DNA of 64,000 bases from Epiperipatus broadwayi (Eukaryota > Animalia > Onychophora): contig JAQFVV010000003.1 in the NCBI GenBank assembly GCA_028023455.1, positions 4,216,001 through 4,280,000 of the forward strand. The letters are read 5' to 3'. Position 1 is the first letter of the stretch; the number at the start of each line of letters is the position of its first letter. The translations under genes and the position numbers were made by a program. The notes beneath the pieces are model-generated. The model searched no databases and was not told the origin of the DNA. It was given only the letters and a program-made list of their open reading frames with translations. Of the stretch, positions 42,914 to 56,390 are shown piece after piece.

Positions 42914-43511
42914 TATTTTCTTATTAATGACACTAATCATTAACATGCTCTTAAATTCCAATGAGAGTTAAATGGTTGTATGTCTGGATATCGCGAGCTT
43001 CATAAACAATTAATAAAATCATCGTCTCAAAGATTAATTACTAATTACGTTGTCACCAGAAAACCATTGATACAACATGAGTGTGAAGTTGGCGTTAGTT
43101 GTATTTCCTCTTGTGAAAAATTTGATTTTTTACCAGTTTATAAATGAACGTGTTTTTCGGCAAATAGCAATAATAATTAAAACGTGTATAAAAAAATGTA
43201 AATTACTGTACTGTAAATTATGCATAAAAATATATTACTTTAAATAAAATTAAATATTATAGTTTAAAAAAGTTTGTCTTGTATCAATTTTTTTCAAATT
43301 TGAAATTTTTTATTAGTCATATTTTATTTCCTTATTTTTTTTTGCGCGAATTTTGAAGTAATTTTACGTTGGTGCTTTGCTTTTATGCGAATTTTGAAAA
43401 ATCACAGACCGCACCCCCCCTTTTCAATGTAAGTTAAGTCTATTTTTGCGCGATTTCGTTTGCGCGTGTTTTCTGAGGAACCTATCTATCGCGTAAAACG
43501 AGACCCAGGTG
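42914..43511 (+). mobile_element. Truncated Tigger-derived element (right part only)
   Basis: Aligns to ~7693-8170; ends CGAGACCCAGGTG|TA; left TIR absent. Confidence 0.88.
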
Positions 43512-43715
43512 TATATCACATATATACACTAAGTTTATGAATTTTATATAAATTATTAATAAGAGAAAAAGGTAAAGAAATAATGGTAATTACATAAATG
43601 CAATGTATCACATATAAATTGCTTAAGTCTTAAATAAGTATAATTGAGATGTAATTGTTTCCATTAGTTTCATTTATTCATAATTAAACTTATATTTGAA
43701 AATTAGATTTTATAT

Positions 43716-46568
43716 CGTCATTAATCATTATCAATCCTCTGCAGGATGAACGTCTCTCCAAGTTCAATCCATCTTTTCCTATCTTTAGCTTCTCTTCTCC
43801 GCATCACCCCTGCACACTTTCTTATTTCATCCATCCATCTAACATGTGGTCTCTTTCTGGGTCTTTTACAATCTCTTGGAATCCAGTTTAAAATTTCAAG
43901 TCCATCTATTATCATCTCTTCTAGCAATATGTTTAGCCCGACTCCACTTCAGTCTTAATTTTTTCAATGAGGTCAATAACACCTGTTTGTTCTCTTACCC
44001 ATACATTGCGTTTTCGATCTCTTCTTGTTACTCCCAACATGCATCTCTCCATACTTCTTTGAGTGGTCTGAAGTCTCTGTATTGCTCTTCTATTAAGTGT
44101 CCAAGTCTCAGATCCATAAGTAAGAATTGGCAAAACACATTTATTAAAAACCTTCCTTTTCAAACACATAGGCATATTTCCTTTTAGTATCAAGTTATTT
44201 CTACCAAAAGCACTCCAACCAAGTTTAATTCTATGATTAATTTCATCCATTATGTTTCCATCTGTATTAATAATCTGACCAAGGTATTTGTAACTGTTAA
44301 CTTCTTCTAACTCATCATAATCAATCTTTATTTTCATATTTTGAGAAAATCTATTAATCATTACTTTAGTCTTTTTAACATTTATCTTTAGTCCTACTTT
44401 CATCTGATAACTCCTGCAACATTTCCTGTAACTCTAAAGCATTATTTGCAAAAACAACTACATCATCTGCAAAATCTAAATGACTTAAATAATCTCCATT
44501 TACTTTCACTCCTTTAGCTTCCCATTTTAATCCACAAAATACTTCTTGCAGCACTGCTGTAAAAAGTTTTGGAGATATGGAGTCACCCTGTCTTACACCC
44601 TTTTCAATGTTGATTTTCCTACTATCATTATGTAATCTAATTGTTGCTGTTGCATTTTTATAAATATTCTTTAAAATATGACAATATCCTGGATCTACAC
44701 CTTGATGATCCAATGCTTTAATCACTGAAGAAATGTTTATAGAATCAAATGCCTTTTCATAATCTACAAATCCTAAGCATAATGGCAATTCATATTCATT
44801 TGTCCTTTCTATAACTTCTCTCAATACCTGGATATGATCTACTGTATGTACTAAACCCACTTTTAAATCCAGCTTGTTCTCTTGGTTGGTGGAAATCCAG
44901 TGTTTTTTGTAGAAGAGTTGTAATTATCTTAGTAAAAATTTTGTATAAAACTGATAAAAGGCTGATAGGTCTGTAATTTCTAATATCTTCTTTATCACCT
45001 TTTTTAAATATTAATATTAATACTACATTCTTTCAATCATCTGGTACATCTTTATCATTAAGACATTTGGTATATAACTTTGCTAAAAAATATTCTATTT
45101 CTTCACCTGCTTCTTTTAATATATCAATTATAATTCCTTCATTACCTGGAGCCTTTCCTTTCTTCATACATTTAATGGCATGTCTCACTTCTTCATTTAA
45201 AATTCTAGGCAATTCGGAAGATATAATAGGTATAGGAGGCACTTGTTCTTTACTATTATATAATTCTTGATAAAAGTCTTCTACACATTTCATGATGTCA
45301 TCTCTCTTTTTAGTAATAATGCCATCTTTTTTTCTTATTGCAGATATAAACTTCCTACCAATACCAAAATGTTGTTTTACACTCTGTAGACTTTTATTTT
45401 CTTCTACAGCTTTCCTTGCTAGTTCACAATTATAATTTCTTATATCATTTTCAACTCTTTTCTGCATCATTTTACAAAATTCGAGATATTCAATCTTTTT
45501 TAATGCATCATTGTTGTATATCCTCATATTCCTTCTTTTCTTCATAAATTCTCTAGTCTCAGTAGAAATTTTATTGGTCAATTGCTGCTTTTTTCTACCA
45601 GCTATCTTTGTTGCAGTTTTTAAAAGGGTATCAGTTATTTTCCTATTAATGTCATTCAAATCTGAATCATGTTCAAAATCTACTAATACTTGAAACCGAT
45701 TTGGAAGTTCTAATTTAAATTCATTAGAATGTTTCTGAAGATTAGGAATATCAATTGCAAATCTTGCTTTTCTTAATAATTTTTGTCTCTCTAGTTTTGC
45801 ATTAACATGTATCTTACATCTTACTAATCAATGATCACTTCCTGTATTAAATTTATTAAGAACATTACAATCTTGAAATGTGTATTTTCTGTTAGTTAAA
45901 ATATAATCCAATTCTGCTGTACCTTCTTTTGGATGCTTCCATGTCCATTTCTTTTAACATTTTTCTCAAAAAAAGAATTCATAATATAAAGTTTTTATTT
46001 TTCTGCAAACTCCACAAGTTTATGTCCTCTCTCATTTCTATTACCATAACCAAAATTACCTATAGCATTTTCATCTTTCATTTGTTTACCAATTCTAGCA
46101 TTAAAGTCTCCCATAACAATTTTAAAATGTTGTTTACTCTGATCAAAAGCCTTTTGTACATCCATATAAAAATCTTCTATAACGTCATCACTATGAGAAC
46201 TTGTTGGGGCATAAACCTGAATTATCTGCATTTGGTATCTGCTATTAAGTTGTAAAACTAATCTTGCCACTCTGTCTAATACACCATCAATTTCCACAAT
46301 GTTATTCTTCCATTTTTTATTTATAATGAATCCTACTCCACTTGTATTTTCAATATTTGTGCCTTTATAGTAGAGTGTATGTCCATGTTTTAAATCAATT
46401 GTTTCTTCACCTTTTCTTCTAACTTCACAAAGTCCAATAATGTCCCATTTAATATAAGATAGTTCTTCTTCTAACTCTTGCAATCTTCCTTCACTTGAAA
46501 GTGATCTGCAGTTGTAAGTACCTAAATAAAAAGTCGTCATCAAATGGAAGCCTGAGTCTGCAATCAGG
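43716..46568 (-). mobile_element. RTE-clade LINE, near-complete ORF (APE endonuclease + RT) broken by a few stops/frameshifts
   Basis: LGTYNCRSL, WDIIGLCEVRR, IQVYAPTS, IVMGDFNARIG (APE); FVDYEKAFDS, GVRQGDSISPKLF, HLDFADDVV, YKYLG, LPILTYGSETW (RT); GAT/AAT-type tail near 43716. Inserted in an LTR. Confidence 0.97.
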
Positions 46569-47121
46569 TTGTTTGATCAGTGTTTAATAGTGTACATATT
46601 TTCATTTATATGGGAGAATACATTCCTATCAGTTTTATGAGTTAGAGATCGATCTCAGAATGAGTCATCCCTGTATAAATTGTTGTATCAAATTAGGTAG
46701 GGCCTAAGGCTGCTTCTTATAATTATTGTATTGACAAATTTATTCAGTTAGGGTTTGAACCAAAAGGCCACCCTTTTATACTTTTTATATAAGCAGTTGC
46801 ATTTAGGAATAGGATCTAAAAAAGACAATTTCTTATGATTATTGTAGTAAAGATTGCATTGTCTACTCATATAGGACATGTATGTATAAATAGTAGGTAG
46901 ACATGCAAGTTAAAGAAATATATATTTATGAATTCATACATGCATAGAATTATATTTAATTTTAGTGAAGTTAGGGTTAAAGATACGGCAAATGTTACAC
47001 TATCTATGAATGGTTTGACAGTATGATGTATAAAGATTAAAGGACTTTGTTAAAGAAATAAATTGCATATTTATTAATGATTATATTTTGTAAATAAAAT
47101 ATTGTTACATGATTTGTTAAT

Positions 47122-47337
47122 AAACAAAGGCAAAACTCCCCGTACAGTAGTGTCACCCTGTGCCAAACAGAGTAATCAATGGATGCCAGAAGGCTTGTGC
47201 ATAAAATCCCTATCTAGTGCCTACTCATCCAATATCCCCAGACTAGTTTCTGGCTTGTGGCCATCATCAGTGAGAGTTTTGCCTTTGTTTACAACAAATT
47301 ATGTGCTAGTATAGAAATGGTGATCATGTGATGTTTG
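47122..47337 (-). mobile_element. 216-bp non-coding HHR-bearing mini-element, internally deleted relative of the 39134-39781 palindrome
   Basis: 47130-47276 aligns to the palindrome left arm and 47274-47337 to its right end and tail. Flanked by a 13-bp direct repeat ATGATTTGTTAAT (47109-47121, 47338-47350). Absent from the sister LTR at ~50630-50660. Confidence 0.85.
47235..47276 (-). ncRNA. Minimal type I hammerhead ribozyme, fully paired stem II
   Basis: Minus strand CUCUCA-CUGAUGA-UGGC-CACAA-GCCA-GAAAC-UA-GUC|UGGGGA. Stem I 5 bp (two G.U), stem II 4 bp, palindromic ACUAGU stem III. Confidence 0.85.
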
Positions 47338-49875
47338 ATGATTTGTTAATGTTATTAAGGAAAATAAATTGTATATCAATTAATAAGTACACTTGTAAAT
47401 AAATTATTATCATATGATTTGTTACTTTGTTTATGTAAGATTGCATGGTCTACCATCATTCATAAGGTCTCTGCGATTTAGTGTGTCATTATAAATGGAA
47501 CTGTGTAATGGTAAATATTGTTTTAGATATATATATATATGTTAGTTAATTTCTTGATGCTTAAAGCCAGGTGGCACCCGTGTAATTTATGTAAATGATT
47601 TAATAGCGTAAATGTAAATTTTTGCTTGCCCAAGATATGGGCATGAATTTATCTGTTATAAACTCGCATTTGTTTGAATTAAATGAATGATATGATTGAC
47701 CAGACAATATTATTATTTTTCTCTATATTGTAATTATATTGTAAAACAAAAAAAAAAAAAAAGAAGGCAGCAAATTGTGCCATGAAGAACACATACAAGT
47801 ATATGTGGTATTCTGGAGTGTTCCAGAGGACCATCTAGTGCTGTTGGTGATGTATCTAGTTACAATTGTATAACACATAATAAGTTTATTGTTTATAATA
47901 TTTTGAATATTGTTAAAATGGAGAATGAAAATGAAAAGGATGAAGAGCAGCAGGAAATATTGGAAGCAAATACTTCTGAAACTTGTTGTGAAGAAGATGA
48001 CGTTGAAATTTCAGATGTGGACAATGCCCATCCAAATAGTTATTCATGTAATCAAATAAATTATAAAGGCATTAATAAAGAAATAAAAATACATGAAATA
48101 CTGCAATGTCATTACAATTAGATGTGAAGCAGATGTTTAGCATAATATTAAAACAGATGAAAAATAATCAAAAAGATAAAAATATATAGAGCAAATAAAT
48201 CAACACTATGGAAAATAATCAAAAGCTAATGGAGTGTAATCAAAAGCAAATAAAAACCAAACTATAGAAAGTAATCGAAAAGATAAAAGCACATGAAGCA
48301 ATAAACTAAACTAAAAGATAATCATAAACATATGGAACTTAACCAAAAACAGATGGAATCCTGGTTTGAAGATAATCGGCAAAAGATGGAATTGAAGAGA
48401 CAAAAATGGATGGATAATTTTTGCAAACCATTTAAACTATAGCGAAAACTAGATGATGAGCAAAAAAGATGAGCAAGTATGAATTCAAGAAGAAACAGTA
48501 GATCAAATTATGGGTCACGAACAAGCTCAATTGTTTTTAAAATCAGAAAATGAACCAAAAATATGTGATGAACTTTTAAAAATAAATCTGAATTAAAACT
48601 GTTAGAGGAAAATATACAAAATAAATATAAAACACATTCAAATGAAAGAACAAATAACAGAAGGTGAACCTGTTGAACTAACCCAAGTAGATAATAATAA
48701 ACTACAACTGCTGAAAGAAATTCAAAGCAACAGGAAGTGTTAAAACTAAATATCCAAATACATGAGAATAAGCTTGAAGACTCGCAACAAAAGTTTGATG
48801 GATCAAAAGAATGTTATGTTCTATATCAAGTACCAATCCTAATCTCACAACTGGATAAACAAATACAAGTTAAAATAGAACAAAGTTTACTTTATCCCAA
48901 AATGAAATGGATTCACTGTTTACACTAAAAACTAAATGAAGACTTGACTCTTATGCTGATTAATCTATTATCTAAAGAAATACTACAGCATCAAGTAAAC
49001 ATTGCATTATGTGTTACATGGATATATTGTATTTCTATAGAGTTATGCACAACAAGAATTTTACTGATTGTCAACATTACTTACAACTGGGAAGAAATAA
49101 AATAAATTTCACCCACACAATTGCATCTCCACAGATGCCACAAAAGAAAAATCCCCAGATACTTTATTATCAAACTACACTTGAACAGTTTTATGTTAGT
49201 GAAGAATGGCTGAATAACCAGATTATAAAATGTAAAATGGACATAAGTACAATAATTTTTGTTGTTTTTAAGTTTGAGTATTTGAAATGAGCAATCCATT
49301 ATTCATTTCAATATAAAATAAATAATTTTTTTTTTCTTTTCTAAGCAAAATGATATGTGCAAATTTGGTTTTAAAAGAAAAAAAGAACCAAAACAAGATT
49401 CAAGAAAGAAATTAACTTTTGGATATAAAAATCAGTTTTTCTTTTCTATTGAACAGATTGGAATACTATTTTAAATAAATTCCAGGATTATTTCACTATG
49501 CCTTGTGAATAATAAACTAAGGACACTACTAACACTTAGTTAGATCTAATCTGGAACACTTTAAATGATATTTTGAATAATTCCTGCTGAAAGGAAGAAG
49601 TAAGCTTATTTAGAAGATAGCTAGAAATTACAAGATTATTATCACCTTAATTTAAACAGACTTCTAATATTTGTCAGAAAGACGTAAATGACAACTATTT
49701 GTTTTGGATGAGTTTTATTTAAAGAATGATTTGTACTTTATTTTAAATAATTTGGATTTGTAAATAATGCTTATTATCCAGATATTATTTTAAATAAAAT
49801 GTTAGTTTTAAAAAAAGAAAGAAATGAATTTGTAATAACTTTTGTATTTGTTGAAATTATTTAAAAAAAAAAATT

Positions 49876-50937
49876 ATATATCATATATGTTCAATAAGTT
49901 TATGAATTTTATATAATTTATTAATAAAGAGAAAAAGGTAAAGAAATAATGAGTCATATAAATGCAATGCACACGTATAAATTGCCTATGTCTTAAATAT
50001 AACCGTAGTTAACATGTAATTATTTCCATTAATCTCATTCGTTTGTAGTCAAACTTATATTTGAAAATTGGGTTTTGTATAGATAGATTTATATATGCAC
50101 AGTTGTTTATTCAGGGTTTCATAGTTTATATATGTTCACATCCATATGGAAGAATACATTCCTATTGGTTTAATGAGTTAGGGATCGATCTCATAGTGAG
50201 TCATCCCTGTGTAAATTGTAGTTGTATTAATTTAGGTTTAGAATCAAAAGGCCACTCCTTATAATTATTGTATAGAAGGTTTATTCAGTTAGGGTTAGGA
50301 TCAAAAGACCATCCTTACATAGTTATTATTATATAAGCAGATACATTTAGGAATAGGATCTAAAAAAAGAGACTATTCCTTATAATTATTGTAATAGATA
50401 GTGTGTCTATTCCATATAGAGCATATGCATGTGTAAGTACTAGGACACATGTAAATCAAAGAAATTTTATATTTATGGATTCATACATGCATAGAATTAC
50501 ATTTAAGTTTATTGAAGACAGGGTTCAAGATACATCGAATGTTATATTATCTATGAATATATTAATGATATATAAAGATTAAAGGATTTTGCTAAAAAAA
50601 TAAATTGATTGTACTTTGTGAATAAATTATTGTTATATAATTTGTTAATTTTAAAATTGTACATCAATCTAATAAGTACAATTGTAAATAAATTACCATT
50701 GTATGATTTGTTACTTTGTTTATGTAAGATTGGTTCATCTACCATCATTTATTGGGAGTAACTTATGTTCTCTGTGATTTAGTCCGGCATTACAATTGGG
50801 ATTGTATAATGGTTATTTTATTATATTGTATAAAATATTCTTTTAGATATACATGTGTTAATTTATTTCCTGATGCTTAAAGCTAGGTGGCACCTGTGTA
50901 ATTTATGTAAATAAATAGAAAATGTAAAATTGTAACA
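49876..50937 (+). repeat. Right (3') LTR, uninterrupted
   Basis: Direct repeat of the interrupted left LTR; ends 64 nt upstream of the FAM120A exon at 51002. Confidence 0.75.
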
Positions 50938-51001
50938 TATGCTAGTCTGACCATTACAATATATATATTTTGTTTAATAGTATTTCATTATATTATTTCA
51001 G

Positions 51002-51157
51002 ATTCAAGCAAAGCCACAACAAGGTAATGCAAGTCATAATAAAAAGGATCTGTTATCGCGACAGCAACTTACAGTTCCACCAGAAGTAATGCGCACAGCT
51101 AGTGAACGTCATCAAAAGGGTCTCATGTCTCCTTGGATATATCAGATACTCACACAG
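51002..51157 (+). CDS. FAM120A: Internal coding exon of a FAM120A/FAM120C-like gene (constitutive coactivator of PPAR-gamma-like protein)
   Basis: tttcag acceptor and CAG|GTATTT donor; 156 nt, phase 0-0, open. Encodes IQAKPQQGNASHNKKDLLSRQQLTVPPEVMRTASERHQKGLMSPWIYQILTQ, which matches the FAM120A segment I recall as VAPEVLRVAEHRHKKGLMYPYIFHVLTK|GEIK. Putative branch point CTGAC at 50947-50951. Confidence 0.88.
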
Positions 51158-52329
51158 GTATTTTAAATATTTATTTATTAATAGATAAATAGATAGCTGA
51201 ATGTTATATTTTTATTTCCAAAGGGGTGAGGGAGAAGAGTTCGTTAAAAATTTTTTAGATAATGGAAAAAAACCCCAAGGAAATTCTAATAATTGTATAT
51301 ATTGTAAACATATGATTGTATTACAGATCTTTGTTTTGATGATTTTATATTACATAGGTTTTTTTTTTAATAAACAGTTAAATTGTGTCTTTGTTGTATC
51401 ATTATATATAAAATAAAGTAACCAAAATGATAATAAGCACATTAATTTCTTAATATCCTGTAGAAATAAAAATAATAAAATATGTATATCAATTGTGGCT
51501 CCAAAATGGATGATATGTTGCTTTTCTGTTTGTATTAATGTGTATGGATAATACACATAATTTTAAACACTGTTACAGTACTTTTATTTAAAAAGTTAAA
51601 GAGCTATGGAGGTTAAGTTAACCAATGTTAACTCTGAATATTTAAAGGATTTGTACTTCAATTTTTTTTTCTCCTTAATATTTGAAATATACATTCTTGC
51701 AATAAATATTTATATTTATTAATAGTTTTGGACTTGTAAATTTGTACAATAATTAATGATATGCAAAAATACAAGTTTTATTAGGCATAATGTAAGGCTT
51801 TGTTAGAGCTTAATACATATTATTCGAATATTTTTATTTCAAGTTATGTTCATTTTTTTATTCTGTTAATTTTTGACTAAAGAAATTTTTTTCATAAATG
51901 TAAATAATACTATAGCATTCTAAAAGGGATCTAAGGTTATTCATTCTTTATTTGAATATATTCAAATGCTAATATCAGGGGAGTCAGTGATGGGGGTTGA
52001 AATTTATATTTAATCTGGCATTGTAGTTAGCTGTAGATTTGACCATCAACTATTTTAACAAAATACCATATGACAGTTCTGAATGAGCATTATTTTCACT
52101 ACATAACAAGATTCTAAATTTGGAAATCTACTGTAAGAGCACAAATCATTAGTTTTAAACACAAAAATGATGTATTCACTGGTTTTTTTTTTTTTTAAAA
52201 GATATCCACAAATCAATTATTCATCCCAAAATAATATTTCATAATATTAAGAACTGTCTTTGTTTATTTTGAATAATTAATACAAATCAATAAATTTTGC
52301 TTTCATTTGACTATCACAGTTCAGTTGAA

Positions 52330-52500
52330 ATGCATTTCTTTTTGGATTATTGGTATTGAAGAGTGCAGAATTGCACTATGCCACTATAGAAAAAGAGCCT
52401 TGGCTATTATATGGCCCTTTCGGAAGCGCTTGACAATATTTACTTGGGTCTGAAATAATAGTCATCACAGACCGCAAGAGTTTAGAGTTTATCAATCAGA
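52330..52500 (+). pseudogene. Ty3/gypsy RNase H fragment
   Basis: With frameshifts reads LKSAELHYATIEKE.ALAIIW...QYLLGSEIIVITDRKSLEFI, the gypsy RNase H NY...EKE.LAI.W and TDH..L motifs. Confidence 0.75.
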
Positions 52501-55500
52501 GTTATATATTTCCTAAAATAATACATTTTATTGTTTATTTTGTAGTTTTTTTAAGACTTTTCTATAAATACTAAAGATATTATTAAAACTTATTACTGTG
52601 AAAAAGTTTATAAACAATTCTATAAATAAATGATATATCAGTGATAATCAGTACTATTGCTTGTATTTACGATGATAAATAAAAGTACCATAATAAAATT
52701 CGGACAAACAATCAAATATTTAAAGATAACATTTACTATGGCTTATTAATAATAAAAAAGAAAAATGTCTTTAGGTGAAATGTATAGCTTGATAAAGATT
52801 TTTTTAATTATAATGTTATTCTTAAAATCATTTATTTCTCAGCACACTCAGTAAAAAGCATTATTCCAGCAAGTTATCTATTAAAGTACTTTTCATATTT
52901 TGCAATACATGAAGAATACAAAGAAGCCAACTTTTATTGAGCATGCACTTATGATTTAGTCTATTTCTTTTATGATACTGATCTCTATTTCATGTTGAAT
53001 TTTTTCATTAAATTGAAATGGTTTTGTAATAATACTTATTGCTGTAAATTTGGTTTGTTACATTCTCCACATACAGGCTATACAGAACTGCATAAAATTT
53101 TTTCTTCGTTTATTTTTCTTTTTTTTTCTTTAGTGTTTTAATAAGGCTAAAAATGAATAGTAATTAAATTTAAAGATACTTATTACAGTATCTTATAAAT
53201 TTGATTACTAATAACATTAATCATTTTGACTTATTATCAGCTCAATGAACATAGAGATGTAATGATCTGATATACTGTTAAGATTGTGTAAATGTTGACA
53301 GAGTCACGAGATGCTAAAAGTTATTTTCAATGTATGGACAGAATGTAACTATATTTTATTTTTCATTTTTAAAAATTAAATTATATTTTTTTGATAGATC
53401 AATTCACTAGATGATATATTGAGCAGGGGTTGGTGATATAATTGTTTTGATATGTGGATGAAACTGGATTAAATATTTTGTTATGTATATGCTGTAATAA
53501 TTTTTGAATAACCAGAAATGTAACTACATGAAGAAAATTGCAGGATAGTTGGAAGTTTATATCATGTCATTTACTATTGCAGTAATTTGAAAGGAACTAA
53601 TAAATCATTAAAGAATGCTATATCTGCTTTGCAAATGCAAACACATAATTTCTAAAATAAAGAATTTTGAAATCCTCTAATCTTCCATCTATATAATAGG
53701 GCTACTTCCACTCATTATTGTAATACCAGTAATAAACCTTCCAGAATTTGATAATATTTAAATGTTGGAGGAATTGCACGAGACTAGAACAAGGAAAAAG
53801 TTGAAATTGCTGATCTTATATTTTAGGTTTCTAGTTCTTTTTGTTATAGGGAGACTGATATTCATAATTTGGATTGATTTAAGAAGTCTGCCTTACTTTT
53901 AAGTTGGAGATTAAAAGGTTGAAATTTATTGCAATGTGGTAATGTTTATTTTTTGCTGATCATAAATGTAAAGAATAAATTCATCTAAAGAATGGATTTG
54001 TATCTGATAAAATTGCAAATTTAATTGTGGACTCTCTTAGTTACGAAAATATTATGAATACTTGTTAATTAACTTTAAAATTAATTTGAAAGATATATTA
54101 GAAATGTGAGTTGATTATCTACAAGGTCTAATAAGATTATGCACTTGTTGCTAAATATGTAGTTAAATTGTATCATGAACTAATTTTTTTTTTTTTTTTA
54201 ATAAGATATTGTAATAAGTATTTTTAAATTTAATTAATATTCAATTTTAGCCTTATCAAAACTAAAGGAAAAAATAAAATATCAACTGAGAAAAATTTTT
54301 ATGCTGTTCTGTGTAGCCAAATTTACAGCAATGGGTATCATCACAAAACCATTTCAATTCAATGAAAAAATTCAGCTTGAAAGAGAGATCAGAATCATAA
54401 AATAAACTAAATCATAAACAAAATGTTCAATAAAAGTTGGCTAGACGTATTTTAGTTTTTACAATCAATAAAAATATTAACAGTTTATTAATTGACCTTG
54501 AGAAAATATGCTTTTATATTTTGCACATTAAACTAGAATTGAGGTGAAAATTGTTAAAGGTATGGATAAAACACAAATTGGATTTACATACTTGAAAAAC
54601 AAGTTTTTTTGATCAATGATGCCAAGAATAAAGTCAGAATTATTAATAGATTTATAGAAATATTGAATATTTGTGTGAACATTGTAGGAACTCATGGCTA
54701 AAAATGTCCTGAAATAGTGGGTCTCTTTCTCAAATTTTTGCAAGCAATGAGATAGAATATCCCCTTAACATGCCAATTTTTAAATACCTGCTTTGATTTT
54801 TTTTTAAATACCTGGTTACTGTGAATGAACTATCATTGTGAGTATTTCCATCAGGGCATTGGTTGACCAACATTCCTGATCAATTACAGTAGAAAATTAC
54901 AGAAACATTATAACTTTGTTTTTTTTTTTTAATAAGATTTAAACAAGTATGTAAATATATTGATTTATGTAAATATATTGATTTTTAAATTTGAATGGCA
55001 TGTCATTTACATGGTTGATGTGAGGATTTTTTTTCCTTTGGTAGTATCAATATACTCGTTTTGAAATTAATTGTAAAATTTATTAAGTTTGTGATAAGAA
55101 AACTTGGAAAACATTTAGAGAAAATTCATCTTGATTCAGAACAAATAAAACACTACTATTACTATGTTTGAATTATACTTAACTGATGAATACTGAGCAG
55201 TATTTTTTTTTTTGTGGAGGATTTTTTTATATTGCACTAAAGTTTAAATAAAGCAGTGCTATGTATTTATAAATGGATGATTAGTAGTTATGTATTAATT
55301 TGAAAAAAAAAAAAAAAGTTGTCACTTATTGTGTGAAGATATTAAAATACTATTTAGTTTTAACAAAAAAAATTAAGGAATGACAGATGTATATTAATTC
55401 AAATAGGTTGTGATTTTTTGCAAAAAATAATTGCAATATCATGTAATGTTTATTGAGAGATCCACTATTATTCAGAATTTATAATTGTTTCCATTATTTA

Positions 55501-56345
55501 ATGTTTTTCTATACATGTATTTGTTATGTCATAATGTATCGATTAACCAGTTGTCTTTAAGCATTAAAATCAGTAAATATTCCCTGACTTCATTTTTACA
55601 CTAATTATGCAATAACAGAAGAAATTTGAAATGAAAGCAAGGAATAAAGTGAAAGATACATAAGTTAAAATTATTTCTGAATTATAGCATTAAAGGAGAG
55701 TGAAGATACAACTTTTTTTAAAAATAAAATAATAGTTTAAGATAAAAAAAGGAAAACAACTGTACATATGGGGAAATATTTTGTCTTGACTGTAATTAGT
55801 CAATGATATAGCCCCCTTTCCCCCAAAACAAAACAAAAAATCTTCAAAAAGTGATGGATCCATTAAAAAAAAATTTTTTTTCTATGGTATTAATTTCTGG
55901 ACCAAAGAAAGAAAAATGATCCATCCATATAAAGTGGGTCAAGAATTCATAGCATATATAATTATGAAATAGTGCTTTAATAATAATAAAGTTGATAATA
56001 ATTTTACAATAATTTTTTTCAAATCTTCTGTTTGCATATTGATTTTGATAATATTTTAAGTTTGACAAAATAGAATATAAATTCCTTACTGTTTCCATAA
56101 TGTGTATGTACATTAAATTTTTTGCAAGACATTGAATGGGAAGTAATTAGGTAATAGGATATTCTGATCACTGCTTTGGTGATAATTTGCCATTCTTTGT
56201 CATCTTCTGATCATGATATTATAAATAGAAGTATTATTCTTATATCTTCTCTTTTATTTTTTTTGCATTTCTTCATATATATATTACTTATATCCAATGT
56301 CCACATATACATTTTAATGCAAATTTTTTTATATAATTCCTTTAA

Positions 56346-56390
56346 TTTCCTAACAGTTTCGACTGTCCTGCAGTCTTCATCAGAGCTACT
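56346..56390 (-). ncRNA. PLE-type hammerhead motif (stem I weak)
   Basis: CUGAUGA-A-GACUG-CAGGA-CAGUC-GAAAC-U-GUU|AG: perfect 5-bp stem II, only 2 bp of stem I. Confidence 0.55.

Larger units (their letters stand above)
43512..50937 (+). mobile_element. Decayed LTR retroelement (two ~1.05-kb LTRs, gag-like internal remnant) with nested RTE and HHR mini-element in the left LTR
   Basis: 43512-43715 + 46569-47620 aligns colinearly with 49876-50937. The right LTR ends TGTAACA. The internal region has broken acidic/coiled-coil frames (47903, 48737). No pol; PBS only weakly suggested at ~47622-47642. Confidence 0.7.

Noticed and set aside
53450-53480. DETGLN-like peptide suggesting a Tc1/pogo DDE domain
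   Set aside because: Too short; surrounding frames are full of stops and there is no other motif.
55183-55203. CTGATGA followed by hairpin ATACTG-AG-CAGTAT
   Set aside because: No GAAA after the stem, so not a hammerhead. The CTGATGA matches at 4526, 17105 and 22271 likewise lack stem II or GAAAC.
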